A stretch of 64,000 nucleotides of DNA, taken from an uncultured Woeseiaceae bacterium (GTDB lineage Bacteria; Pseudomonadota; Gammaproteobacteria; Steroidobacterales; Woeseiaceae). Below, piece after piece: positions 1-8,682 of the stretch (positions are counted from its first letter, which is position 1; the number at the start of each line of letters is the position of its first letter). The stretch is taken from positions 342 to 64,341 of the forward strand of contig CAMYOJ010000006.1 of assembly GCA_947259985.1 (NCBI GenBank), written 5' to 3'. A program made the position numbers and the translations under genes. The notes under the pieces were generated by a model. That model was not told the DNA's origin. It saw only the letters and a program-made list of their open reading frames with translations, and did not search any database.

Positions 1-805
1 ACGCCCTGTAGAAAAGACGAATGGAGGCGATGACGAGAAAGGCCCCGAACAGCATGCTCAGGCGCCTCCCGGAAAACGCATGCGCGATTTTCGCGCCCAA
101 TGGCGCAGCCAGAACCGTGGCCGGAGCGATGCACGCAAAACCGATCAGGCTGACGTAGCCGAGGCTCGCCGGCGGCACCCGCGCATCGCCCCAGCCCGCA
201 ACCATGAACCCGATCGTCGCGGGCAGGCTGATTACGAGGCCGAACAACGCGGCCGTGCCCACGGCCCTGTGAATCGGCTCGTTGAACAGTGTCAACGTCA
301 TCACTGAGAACGTACCACCGCCGATGCCCATCATGCTCGAGAAGCAGCCGATCGCCGTCGGAATCACGGCCACGGCCGGGCCACGCGGCACCTCCATGGT
401 CAGGTTGCGGCTCTCGGGCATCAGGACCATCTTGATTGCGACGAGCAACGCCAGCGTCGCGAACACCATGGCAAGAACGCGGCTGTGCACCTGCGACGCA
501 ATCCACGCGCCGAGCAGCGCACCGAGCAGCACGAAAATACCCCAGCGTTTCACGATATCGACGTCGACCGACTTGCGCTGGTGGTGGGCTCGTGCCGAAG
601 AAACGGATGTCGGGATAATAGTCGCGAGCGACGTGCCAACCGCAACATGCATGCGAATGGCGGGATCCACGCCGACAAAACCGAGCGCGGCTTCGAGCAC
701 TGGGACAATGACGATGCCACCGCCGATACCGAAAAGACCGGCAAGCACGCCGGCGACGGACCCCGTGGCCAGCATCGCGACGCCGAGAATGAGCCATTGC
801 TCCAT
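1..805 (-). CDS. TauE/SafE (DUF81) family anion/sulfite exporter; the 3' end runs off the window
   Basis: Absent from the ORF track because it is open at the window edge. My reverse-strand translation from the ATG at 805..803 gives MEQWLILGVAMLATGSVAGVLAGLFGIGGGIVIVPVL...MMGIGGGTFSVMTLTLF...SMLFGAFLVIASIRLFYRA. There is no stop down to base 1 (268 codons). It is a polytopic membrane protein with the duplicated GIGGG repeat typical of TauE/SafE. Confidence 0.8.
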   Translation of the reverse strand, partial: MEQWLILGVAMLATGSVAGVLAGLFGIGGGIVIVPVLEAALGFVGVDPAIRMHVAVGTSLATIIPTSVSSARAHHQRKSVDVDIVKRWGIFVLLGALLGAWIASQVHSRVLAMVFATLALLVAIKMVLMPESRNLTMEVPRGPAVAVIPTAIGCFSSMMGIGGGTFSVMTLTLFNEPIHRAVGTAALFGLVISLPATIGFMVAGWGDARVPPASLGYVSLIGFACIAPATVLAAPLGAKIAHAFSGRRLSMLFGAFLVIASIRLFYRA

Positions 806-811
806 CGGTGG

Positions 812-1666
812 TCAGGCGCCGAGACGCTCCGCGTGATGCTTCAGGTGATCTTCGATAAACGTCGAGATGAAGTAATAGCCGTGGTCGTAGCCCTCGTGAA
901 TCCGCAGCTCCAGGGGCAGGCCACTTTCAGAACACGCGGCCTTCAGCAGCTCGGGTTTCAGCTGCTCGGCGAGAAACGGATCATCGGCGCCCTGGTCCAC
1001 CAGGATCCTGTCGTAGATCGACGGATCGCTGACACCGCGGGCGACCTCACAGGCGTCATAGTCGTGCCAGGTGATGGTATCGCTACCCATGTAGTAGCCG
1101 AGCGCTTTTCGCCCCCAGGGACTGTGCAGCGTCGTGCAAATGGGCGCGAATGCCGACAAGGACCGGTACATACCAGGATTCCTCAGGCCGATCGTCAGCG
1201 CACCGTGGCCGCCCATCGAGTGACCGGTCAGGCCATGTCGCTCCGCGTCACCGGGAAAATTGCCGAATACGATCTCGGGCAGTTCCTGCGTGATGTAGTC
1301 GTACATGTGGTAGTGCTGCGACCAGGGCTCCTGCGTCGCGTTGAGGTAAAAGCCCGCCGCCAGGCCGAAATCGTAATCGTCGTCGGGATCGTCTGGTACG
1401 CCCTCTCCGCGCGGGCTGGTGTCGGGCGACACGAGCATCAGGCCGAGTTCGGCGGCAACACGCTGGGCGCCGCTCTTGACCATGAAGTTCTCCTCGGTGC
1501 AGGTCAGCCCCGACAGGAACGTCAGGACAGGCACCTTGCCATCGGCCGCCTGCGGCGGCACGAACACGGAGAACTGCATGTCGCAGTTATTGCTGGAGGA
1601 CGTGTGCCGGTAAAAGCCGATGCGGCCACCGAAGCAGTTGGTTTCGCTGAGTGTCTCGATTTTCAT
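812..1666 (-). CDS. fghA: S-formylglutathione hydrolase (esterase D family)
   Basis: 284 aa. N-terminus MKIETLSETNCFGG...FSVFVPPQA. Serine-hydrolase nucleophile elbow GHSMGGHGAL. The C-terminal DHGYYFI motif is typical of FghA/FrmB. Confidence 0.9.
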   Translation of the reverse strand: MKIETLSETNCFGGRIGFYRHTSSSNNCDMQFSVFVPPQAADGKVPVLTFLSGLTCTEENFMVKSGAQRVAAELGLMLVSPDTSPRGEGVPDDPDDDYDFGLAAGFYLNATQEPWSQHYHMYDYITQELPEIVFGNFPGDAERHGLTGHSMGGHGALTIGLRNPGMYRSLSAFAPICTTLHSPWGRKALGYYMGSDTITWHDYDACEVARGVSDPSIYDRILVDQGADDPFLAEQLKPELLKAACSESGLPLELRIHEGYDHGYYFISTFIEDHLKHHAERLGA

Positions 1667-1702
1667 AGCGGCCGATTATCGCCCAGATCGGCCGCCGGCA
1701 CA

Positions 1703-2914
1703 CTAGCGTTTCTGGAAAACGAGCGTCGCGTTCGTGCCGCCAAATCCAAAGCTGTTGGACATGACGGTCTGGACGCCGGCGTTGTCAATACGCTCCGTGA
1801 CGAGCGGCGTACCGTCCACGGCCTCGTCGGGTTCATTGACGTTGATTGACGGCGCGATGAAATCCTCTTCCATCATGAGCAGGCAATGAATCGCCTCCTG
1901 TGCGCCTGTCGCACCCAGCGAGTGGCCGCACATCGACTTCGTCGAACCGTAACGCGGCATATCGTCGCCGAACATCTCCTTCATCGCTACGACTTCCTGG
2001 ACATCGCCGACCGGCGTACTCGTGCCGTGCGTATTGATGTAGTCGATCGACCCCTCGACCGTGGAGCGTGCGATGTCCATGCAACGCAGCGCGCCCTCGC
2101 CCGATGGCGCAACCATGTCATAGCCATCCGAGGTAGCGCCATAGCCCACGAGTTCAGCGTAGATCTTCGCGCCCCGCGCTTTGGCGTGCTCGAGTTCCTC
2201 GACAACAACCATGCCGGACCCGGCCGCGATGACAAAACCGTCTCGCGTCGCGTCGTAGGGTCGCGATGCCGTGGCAGGATCGTCGTTGTATTTGAAGGAC
2301 AACGCGCCCATGGCGTCGAACAGGCAGGCCAGCGTCCAGTGCTCTTCTTCGCCGCCACCGGCAAAGATAACGTCCTGCTTGCCAAGCTGAATCTGCTCGG
2401 CAGCAGCTCCGATGCAGTGTGCACTCGTCGCACAGGCCGAGGTGATCGAGTAGTTCACACCCTTGATCTTGAACGGCGTCGCGAGGCAGGCAGACACGGA
2501 GCTGCCCATCGTGCGCGGCACGCGATAGGGACCGATCTTGCGTACGCCGCGCGAGCGCAGCACGTCGGCACTCTCGACGATATTGTTGCTCGAGGCGCCT
2601 CCGGACGCTGCGATCAGCCCCGTGCGGGGATTTGACACATCGGATTCCTCGAGACCCGAGTCATCGATCGACTGCTGCATCGCGATATAGGCGTACGCAG
2701 CCGCGTCGCCCATGAAGCGCCGCACCTTGCGATCGATATGCTCGGTGATATCGATATGACAACTTCCCGACACCTGGCTGCGAAGCCCCATCTCCTGGTA
2801 GCTCTCGTTGGCAACGATGCCGGAGCGCCCACTGCGTAGTGAATCGAGAATCTCTTCTTTGCTGTTGCCGATGCAGGAAACCGCACCGATCCCTGTAATG
2901 ACTGCACGCCGCAT
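1703..2914 (-). CDS. fabB: 3-oxoacyl-ACP synthase I (KAS I)
   Basis: 403 aa. Active-site contexts are SACATS (Cys), THGTSTP (His) and GHSLGATG (His). It lies 2 nt downstream of fabA, as in the fabA-fabB operon. Confidence 0.9.
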   Translation of the reverse strand: MRRAVITGIGAVSCIGNSKEEILDSLRSGRSGIVANESYQEMGLRSQVSGSCHIDITEHIDRKVRRFMGDAAAYAYIAMQQSIDDSGLEESDVSNPRTGLIAASGGASSNNIVESADVLRSRGVRKIGPYRVPRTMGSSVSACLATPFKIKGVNYSITSACATSAHCIGAAAEQIQLGKQDVIFAGGGEEEHWTLACLFDAMGALSFKYNDDPATASRPYDATRDGFVIAAGSGMVVVEELEHAKARGAKIYAELVGYGATSDGYDMVAPSGEGALRCMDIARSTVEGSIDYINTHGTSTPVGDVQEVVAMKEMFGDDMPRYGSTKSMCGHSLGATGAQEAIHCLLMMEEDFIAPSINVNEPDEAVDGTPLVTERIDNAGVQTVMSNSFGFGGTNATLVFQKR

Positions 2915-2916
2915 GC

Positions 2917-3462
2917 TTAGAAATCTTCCGTTGAGGTGAAAAGGCCGACCCGCAGGTCTTCAGCCGTATAAATTTCTCGACCGTCGACGGACATCGTGCC
3001 GTCGGCGATCGCCATGTTGAGTCTGCGCGAGATAATGCGCTTGATGTCGATCTGGTATTCGACGAGCTTCGCTTTCGGCAGGACCTGTCCCGTGAATTTC
3101 ACCTTGCCGACGCCGAGCGCCCGGCCTCGGCCCTGCAGGCCCAGCCAGACAAGGTGGAATCCGACGAGCTGCCACATCGCATCGAGCCCAAGGCAGCCGG
3201 GCATGACAGGGTCGCTTTCGAAATGGCACCCGAAAAACCACAAGTCCGGCCTGATATCGAGTTCGGCCTTGATCTCGCCCTTGCCGTACTTGCCACCTTC
3301 ATCGGTGATCAGCGTAACGCGATCGGTCATGAGCATGTTTGGCAGCGGCAGCCGGCCGTTCGTGGGGCCGAACAACTTGCCATGGGCACAATCGAGCAGC
3401 TCTTCGTAATTGTAGGCGTTTTGCCGTGCCGGCAGTTCGGCCGCCGTGTTGCTATCAGTCAT
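2917..3462 (-). CDS. fabA: 3-hydroxydecanoyl-ACP dehydratase/isomerase
   Basis: 181 aa with the FabA signature [27 protein letters not shown]. Confidence 0.9.
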   Translation of the reverse strand: MTDSNTAAELPARQNAYNYEELLDCAHGKLFGPTNGRLPLPNMLMTDRVTLITDEGGKYGKGEIKAELDIRPDLWFFGCHFESDPVMPGCLGLDAMWQLVGFHLVWLGLQGRGRALGVGKVKFTGQVLPKAKLVEYQIDIKRIISRRLNMAIADGTMSVDGREIYTAEDLRVGLFTSTEDF

Positions 3463-3590
3463 ACGCCCTCCGGCGCTTATTGCTTCTTATTGGGCCCGAC
3501 GAATCGGACAAAGTTTAACCCCTAATTTTACGCCCGGCGGCTCTCATTGAGTTTTGAAATCGCGCCATTCGCGGCGGCCGCCGTGGCGGC

Positions 3591-4655
3591 CTATGACTTG
3601 TCATAGTCCAGTAATACGGCCCGGCTGACGGGCCGCGACTGGCACGCCAGCACGAAGCCCTTTTCGACCTCCCAGGGTTCGAGCCCGTAGTTGGTCGCCA
3701 TGCGGACCTCGCCCTCGCGAACGTGCGTGCGGCAGGTCGCGCAGACGCCACCCTTGCATGAGTACGGCAATTCCACGCCCTGCTCCGCCGCCGCATCGAC
3801 GATATTAGCGGCGTCTTTGGACATCGCGAAAGACTTCTTGTGGCCATCCATGATAACGGTGATTTCAGCACCATCCTTGCGGCTCTCCGCAGACGCTGCG
3901 GCCTTTGTGCGCCGTGGCGCACCGAACCGCTCCGCGTGGACGCAGTCCGCCCGCATGCCGAGTTCGATGAGCGCCGCGCTTACGGTGTCGATCATCGAAT
4001 CCGGACCGCACACGAACGCCTCGTCAACCTCGATCCCGCTGCAGAAATGACCGTGCAGTTCCTTGAGCTTGTCGGCGTCGATTCGGCCTGCAGCCACTTC
4101 GAACTCCTGCTCCTCCTGGCTGAAAACGAAGTGCAGCTGCAACCGGTCCGGAAAACGATTCTTGAGTGCGTACAGGTCCTCGATGAACATCGTCGTACGC
4201 TGCTTGCGGTTACCGTAGAACAGGATGACGCGGCTGTCTTTCTCGCCATCCAGCACAGACTGGATAATCGACAACACGGGTGTGATACCGCTGCCCGCTG
4301 CAACGCCAAGATAACACTTGCCATCTGTTGCCTCGGGCTTGACGTGAAACTGTCCATTCGGTGGCATGACCTGGAGCTCATCGCCCACCTGTAGCTCGGT
4401 CGCGGCGTATTCCGAGAACTGCCCGCCGGGCTGCACGCGAATGCCGATCTCGAGCGGCCACTGGTCCCTCCGCGAACATATCGAATAGGTTCGGCGCAGG
4501 CGCTTGCCGTCGCGTTCTACCTGGACAGGCAGGTGCTGCCCGGGGAGAAACGCAAATTCCTCGCGCAGTTCCTCAGGCACGTCGAGCGCAATACGCACGG
4601 CGTCGCTGGCTTCGCGAGATTTGGCAGCGACCTTCAATGAATGAAACTGTTTCAT
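3591..4655 (-). CDS. paaE: Phenylacetyl-CoA oxygenase reductase subunit (FNR-like module plus 2Fe-2S ferredoxin)
   Basis: The track ORF is 3591..4697. I prefer the ATG at 4655 (MKQFHSLKV...), which forms an ATGA overlap with the paaD stop. RTYSICS is the flavin-binding motif. C-terminal CKGGVCATC is a plant-type 2Fe-2S motif. Confidence 0.85.
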   Translation of the reverse strand: MKQFHSLKVAAKSREASDAVRIALDVPEELREEFAFLPGQHLPVQVERDGKRLRRTYSICSRRDQWPLEIGIRVQPGGQFSEYAATELQVGDELQVMPPNGQFHVKPEATDGKCYLGVAAGSGITPVLSIIQSVLDGEKDSRVILFYGNRKQRTTMFIEDLYALKNRFPDRLQLHFVFSQEEQEFEVAAGRIDADKLKELHGHFCSGIEVDEAFVCGPDSMIDTVSAALIELGMRADCVHAERFGAPRRTKAAASAESRKDGAEITVIMDGHKKSFAMSKDAANIVDAAAEQGVELPYSCKGGVCATCRTHVREGEVRMATNYGLEPWEVEKGFVLACQSRPVSRAVLLDYDKS

Positions 4656-5116
4656 AGGCACTTGAAGTATTCGAATGGCTCGAGGCAATCGAGACACTTG
4701 TAGGAAGCTTTGCAGGCCGTGGACCCGAATTCGCTGACGCGCGCCGTACTCGTCGAACCGCAGCGCGGACAGGCAATCGGCCGGTTGCGGCGCTCCGGGG
4801 GCGCTATGCCGTAAATCCTGAGCTTCTCGCGCCCCTCGTTACTGATCCAGTCGGTGGTCCACGGTGGCGACAACACACGTCTTATTCGCACGTCCGGGAC
4901 CCCGCGATCCTCGAGGGCGGCCACAACACTTGCCTCGATGGCCTCGGTCGCAGGGCAGCCCGAATAGGTCGGCGTCAGCGACACCGTGACGCCGTCACTG
5001 CAGTCGACCTCGCGCACTATGCCGAGGTCCATGATCGTAAGCACCGGGATCTCCGGATCCGCGACCTCCGACAGCCAGTCGAGAATCTGCTCGCGTTTGT
5101 ACTCGGCCGCTACCAT
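4652..5116 (-). CDS. paaD: Phenylacetyl-CoA oxygenase subunit PaaD (DUF59 plus C-terminal Cys cluster)
   Basis: The track ORF (4652..5275) has an Arg/Ala-rich 53-aa extension that overlaps paaC. The internal ATG at 5116 gives MVAAEYKREQILDWLSEVADPEIPVLTIMDLGIVREV..., with a C-terminal CPRCGS...CKASYKCLDC cluster. Start choice is an inference. Confidence 0.8.
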   Translation of the reverse strand: MVAAEYKREQILDWLSEVADPEIPVLTIMDLGIVREVDCSDGVTVSLTPTYSGCPATEAIEASVVAALEDRGVPDVRIRRVLSPPWTTDWISNEGREKLRIYGIAPPERRNRPIACPRCGSTSTARVSEFGSTACKASYKCLDCLEPFEYFKCL

Positions 5117-5868
5117 GCCACTCCCGGGTAGGCGCGCTGCATGTTTTGCAGATCCGCGAGCAGGTAGCCGAATTGCTCGGTGTGCCGCCCTTGCTTGCCG
5201 CCGCTCGCCATCCAGCCATCGTCCGGCAAAGTGAGCGTTGACGCATTGACGATCGCAGTGACTGCATGGCGCCATTGCCTGGCGATCGCCTCGAGATCCG
5301 GACCCTCGAACGCGTCACGCACGATGTCGTCGAGTTCATCCGCGACGAACATCTCGCCCGTGTAACTCCAGAGACTGTCCAGCGATTCCTGCACGCGTTC
5401 ATGGCTTTCTTCCGTGCCGTCACCGAGTCGCACGAGCCACTGGCTGCTGTGCTTGAGGTGGTAACGCACCTCCTTGATCGCGCGCGCCGCGATCCCGGCG
5501 AGTCCCTCGTCGCTGCAACGCGTCAGCGCGTCGAGAAGGAGCACATAGAAGGACTCGAACAGGACGGCGCGAACGGTCGAATCGCCGAAGTGACCGTTCG
5601 GCTGCTCGACCAGCAAAAGGTTTCGATACTCATGCTCGGGTCGCAGGAACGCGAAGTCGTCCTCGTCACGACCCTCGCCCTCGCGTTCGCCGGCGAAGGT
5701 GTAGAACATGCGTGACTGGCCGAAATAGTCGAGCGAGAAGTTGGCGTTCGCAAGTTCTTCCTCGAGTTCGGGGCTCGCCGCCACGAGTTCAATCATGCGC
5801 TGGCCCAGGACGAGCGCATTGTCGCCGAGCCGTGTCGCGTAGCGCGTTAATGCATCGTCAGGCGTCAC
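5110..5868 (-). CDS. paaC: Phenylacetyl-CoA oxygenase subunit PaaC
   Basis: 252 aa. Sits between paaB and paaD with 4-nt and 7-nt overlaps. Ferritin-like helical protein of the expected length. Confidence 0.8.
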   Translation of the reverse strand: MTPDDALTRYATRLGDNALVLGQRMIELVAASPELEEELANANFSLDYFGQSRMFYTFAGEREGEGRDEDDFAFLRPEHEYRNLLLVEQPNGHFGDSTVRAVLFESFYVLLLDALTRCSDEGLAGIAARAIKEVRYHLKHSSQWLVRLGDGTEESHERVQESLDSLWSYTGEMFVADELDDIVRDAFEGPDLEAIARQWRHAVTAIVNASTLTLPDDGWMASGGKQGRHTEQFGYLLADLQNMQRAYPGVAW

Positions 5869-6152
5869 AGGTTCTCCACGTCGTCGGGAATGTCGTAGAA
5901 GGTCGGGTGACGATAGATCTTGTCCTCTGCAGGCTCGAAGAACGCCGATGCCTCCGCCGGGTCCGACGCGATAATTCGGTCCGAGCGCACGACCCAGATG
6001 CTCACACCTTCGTTGCGCCGCGTGTAGGTGTCACGCGCGTTCGTCAGCGCCATCTCGTCGTCGGCTGCGTGCACGCTGCCCGCATGCCGATGACTCAGGC
6101 CTGACTTGCTGCGGATGAAGACTTCATAAAGCGGCCATTCCTGTTTCGTCAT
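5865..6152 (-). CDS. paaB: Phenylacetyl-CoA oxygenase subunit PaaB
   Basis: 95 aa. WPLYEVFIRSKSGLSHRHAGSVHAADDEMALTNARDTYTRR matches the conserved PaaB core. Confidence 0.9.
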   Translation of the reverse strand: MTKQEWPLYEVFIRSKSGLSHRHAGSVHAADDEMALTNARDTYTRRNEGVSIWVVRSDRIIASDPAEASAFFEPAEDKIYRHPTFYDIPDDVENL

Positions 6153-6160
6153 GATTACTC

Positions 6161-7147
6161 CTATGCGACGTCGCGGGCAGCTCTCTTGGCTGCATAAGCG
6201 CGCGCCGCCTCACGCACCCAGGCGCCATCGTCGTGCGCCCTGCGGCGTTTCGCCATACGTTGTTTATTGCAGGGACCATTACCCGCGATGACGTCGAAAA
6301 ACTCCTGCCAGTCGATGTCGGAGTGTTCGTAATGCCCGGATTCCTCGTTGAAATACAGCCTGTCATCGGGCACCTCGAGACCGAGGAACTCGGCCTGTGG
6401 AACGGTTACGTCGATGAACTTCTGGCGCAGTTCGTCGTTCGAGAATCGCTTGATCTTCCACTTCATCGACTGCGCCGAATGCTTCGAATTGGCGTCATTC
6501 GGGCCGAACATCATCAACGACGGCCACCAGAACCGGTTCAGCGCATCCTGCGCCATCGCCTGTTGCTCTTCGCTGCCGCGACACAGCGTGAGCATGATCT
6601 CGAAGCCCTGCCGCTGGTGGAAGCTCTCCTCCTTGCAGATGCGGATCATCGCGCGCGCGTACGGCCCGTATGAACAGCGGCATAGCGGTATCTGGTTCAT
6701 GATGGCCGCGCCGTCGACGAGCCAGCCGATGGCGCCGATGTCGGCCCACGTGAGCGTCGGGTAGTTGAAGATGCTCGAATACTTGGCTCTGCCGGCGAGC
6801 AGATCGGCAACCATCTGGTCGCGCGACACACCCAGCGTCTCGGCGGCGCCGTACAGGTACAGACCGTGGCCCGCTTCGTCCTGAACCTTCGCGAGCAGGA
6901 TGGCCTTGCGCTTCAGAGAAGGCGCGCGAGTCAGCCAGTTGCCCTCCGGCTGCATGCCGATGATCTCCGAATGAGCATGTTGCGATATCTGCCGTATCAG
7001 CGTGCGCCGGTACGCCTCGGGCATCCAGTCCTTGGCCTCGATCTTCTCTTCGGCATCGATACGCGCCTGGAACGCCGCCAGTTGTTCGGGCGTCTCGCTG
7101 GCGCCACTGACGGCTTCTCCTTTCTGGTCAAGGCCTTGCGTGTACAT
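6161..7147 (-). CDS. paaA: Phenylacetyl-CoA 1,2-epoxidase catalytic subunit PaaA
   Basis: 328 aa. Di-iron ligand contexts are [22 protein letters not shown] and [10 protein letters not shown]. Confidence 0.9.
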   Translation of the reverse strand: MYTQGLDQKGEAVSGASETPEQLAAFQARIDAEEKIEAKDWMPEAYRRTLIRQISQHAHSEIIGMQPEGNWLTRAPSLKRKAILLAKVQDEAGHGLYLYGAAETLGVSRDQMVADLLAGRAKYSSIFNYPTLTWADIGAIGWLVDGAAIMNQIPLCRCSYGPYARAMIRICKEESFHQRQGFEIMLTLCRGSEEQQAMAQDALNRFWWPSLMMFGPNDANSKHSAQSMKWKIKRFSNDELRQKFIDVTVPQAEFLGLEVPDDRLYFNEESGHYEHSDIDWQEFFDVIAGNGPCNKQRMAKRRRAHDDGAWVREAARAYAAKRAARDVA

Positions 7148-7218
7148 GCGATGAGCTCCTCTGTGGATTCCGTCAATGTGACACGGTTTTTTTCACTTTT
7201 CAATGATATCCGTATCAG

Positions 7219-7653
7219 TTAACCACCGAGCAGCTGCTCCTCGCCGCTTATCGAACGGCCGCGGAATAATGCGACGAGCTCACCGTCCTGATTGTCGATC
7301 CTGACCTTGTAATAACCGGTCCGCCGACCCCGATGCTCTTCCGCTGCCACCGCCCGCAGCTGGTCACCCAGCTTCGCGGGTCGCAGGAACTCGATGTTGC
7401 CGGACGCCGCAACGGTCTTCCGGTCGTAGGCATTGCAGGCGAACGCAAATGCCGTGTCCGCCAGCGCGAACAACAGCCCACCATGGCAAACGTCGAATCC
7501 GTTCACCATATCCTCGCGCACGGTCATGCTTGCCGTCGCCGAGCCGACATCACGAATCTCGACCTTCATGCCCAGCGCCTTTGACGCCTTGTCTCCCGCC
7601 CACATCTTACGAGCGCAACGTTTCGCCGTTTTCAATTCAGTCATTGACCGCAC
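7219..7653 (-). CDS. paaI: Hydroxyphenylacetyl-CoA thioesterase (hotdog fold)
   Basis: 144 aa. DVCHGGLLFALADTAFAFACN and the N-terminal ...MWAGDKASKALGM are typical of PaaI. The start is uncertain: 7653, or the ATG at 7644. Confidence 0.8.
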   Translation of the reverse strand: MRSMTELKTAKRCARKMWAGDKASKALGMKVEIRDVGSATASMTVREDMVNGFDVCHGGLLFALADTAFAFACNAYDRKTVAASGNIEFLRPAKLGDQLRAVAAEEHRGRRTGYYKVRIDNQDGELVALFRGRSISGEEQLLGG

Positions 7654-8587
7654 TCTCCCTGTTGTCCGCCGGTTCCAGGCCGCCGAAGCGACGCGCGAAC
7701 GCGGCAGCCGGCGGCGGCAACGGCCCGTCTGCCGTTTCCATTACGTCGTTGAGATACGCATCGGCGCCGCGGTGAACGAGTCGATACAGGTTGCGACACA
7801 GCTGATAGGCCGCGGCGCCGTGCCAGCCCGCCGGCAGCAGCTCGACGGGCAGCAACGGATCCCTGAGCAGCACTTTTCGATACTCCTGGATCAGCAAGGT
7901 TCGCACCAGGAACGCCGATTTGTCGCTCATTTCAGGGGTCCTGGAGAGAGCCTGGAAGAGCGGCCGGAAGCGCGTGACGAATTCGACGTAACGTGCGTCA
8001 ATGTCGTCCAGGTTCCAGCAATCGCGCGTCAGTTCACGCATGGCGTGCTCGCTCCTGATGGTTTGCCCGCGCATGACGATCAGCTCGTCCTGTACCTCCA
8101 GCCGCCGCATCGTCACGTCGAGCTCGGTGAAGTCAGGCGATGGGTGGGCCAGCACATTGGCCGACAGTGGTCCAAAGCCGAGCCAGCCACACTCCCTGCG
8201 AACGCGATCCTTGACCTCGGTAGCGAGCGCCGAGAGCAGCAACAGGCACCACTCGCCATTCCAGTGTCCGCCGGGTTCCCCGTATATCCGATGGGTCGCC
8301 TGCTCGAACTGTTCTCGACCAGCGTCGGTCAGGCTGTAGTAAGAGCGCCGTCCGACCTGCGCAGACTGCAGCCAGCCATCCTTGGCAAGCCGAAACACCG
8401 ACGTGCGTACGAGGCGCTCGCTGATGCCGAAGTCGGCCATGACCGCGATCAGGCTGCCTAGCCATACCGTGCCCCCGCGCGGAGCGATCGAATCGCCGAA
8501 CACCGTCGTAATCAGCGACCCGGAGCGCAATGTCGGGCGCGCGCGAAATTCTTCCAGCAGTTTTTTGCAGGCGGTTTCTGGACGCAT
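7637..8587 (-). CDS. paaX: Phenylacetic acid catabolism repressor PaaX
   Basis: 316 aa. The N-terminal segment SLITTVFGDSIAPRGGTVWLGSLIAVMADFGISERLVRTSVFRLAKDGWL is the PaaX winged-helix region. The gene is divergent from paaZ. Confidence 0.85.
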   Translation of the reverse strand: MRPETACKKLLEEFRARPTLRSGSLITTVFGDSIAPRGGTVWLGSLIAVMADFGISERLVRTSVFRLAKDGWLQSAQVGRRSYYSLTDAGREQFEQATHRIYGEPGGHWNGEWCLLLLSALATEVKDRVRRECGWLGFGPLSANVLAHPSPDFTELDVTMRRLEVQDELIVMRGQTIRSEHAMRELTRDCWNLDDIDARYVEFVTRFRPLFQALSRTPEMSDKSAFLVRTLLIQEYRKVLLRDPLLPVELLPAGWHGAAAYQLCRNLYRLVHRGADAYLNDVMETADGPLPPPAAAFARRFGGLEPADNRESAVND

Positions 8588-8682
8588 TGGTCGCTGACTT
8601 GCTTTCGGTCCGTCCGACCGTACAATTTGATACGATTTTTTTCAAATTCCTTTTTTTCTGTATCGGCGGGAGGCGACCCAGG

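Noticed and set aside
282-1849. Plus-strand ORFs 282..836 and 485..1849
   Set aside because: They are antisense to the TauE-like gene and fghA, whose translations show clear family signatures. The plus-strand products are low-complexity.
3540-3590. GGCCGCC-gtg-GCGGCC hairpin after the paaE stop as a terminator
   Set aside because: The stem is short and no U-run follows on the transcribed strand, so it is not convincing as an intrinsic terminator.
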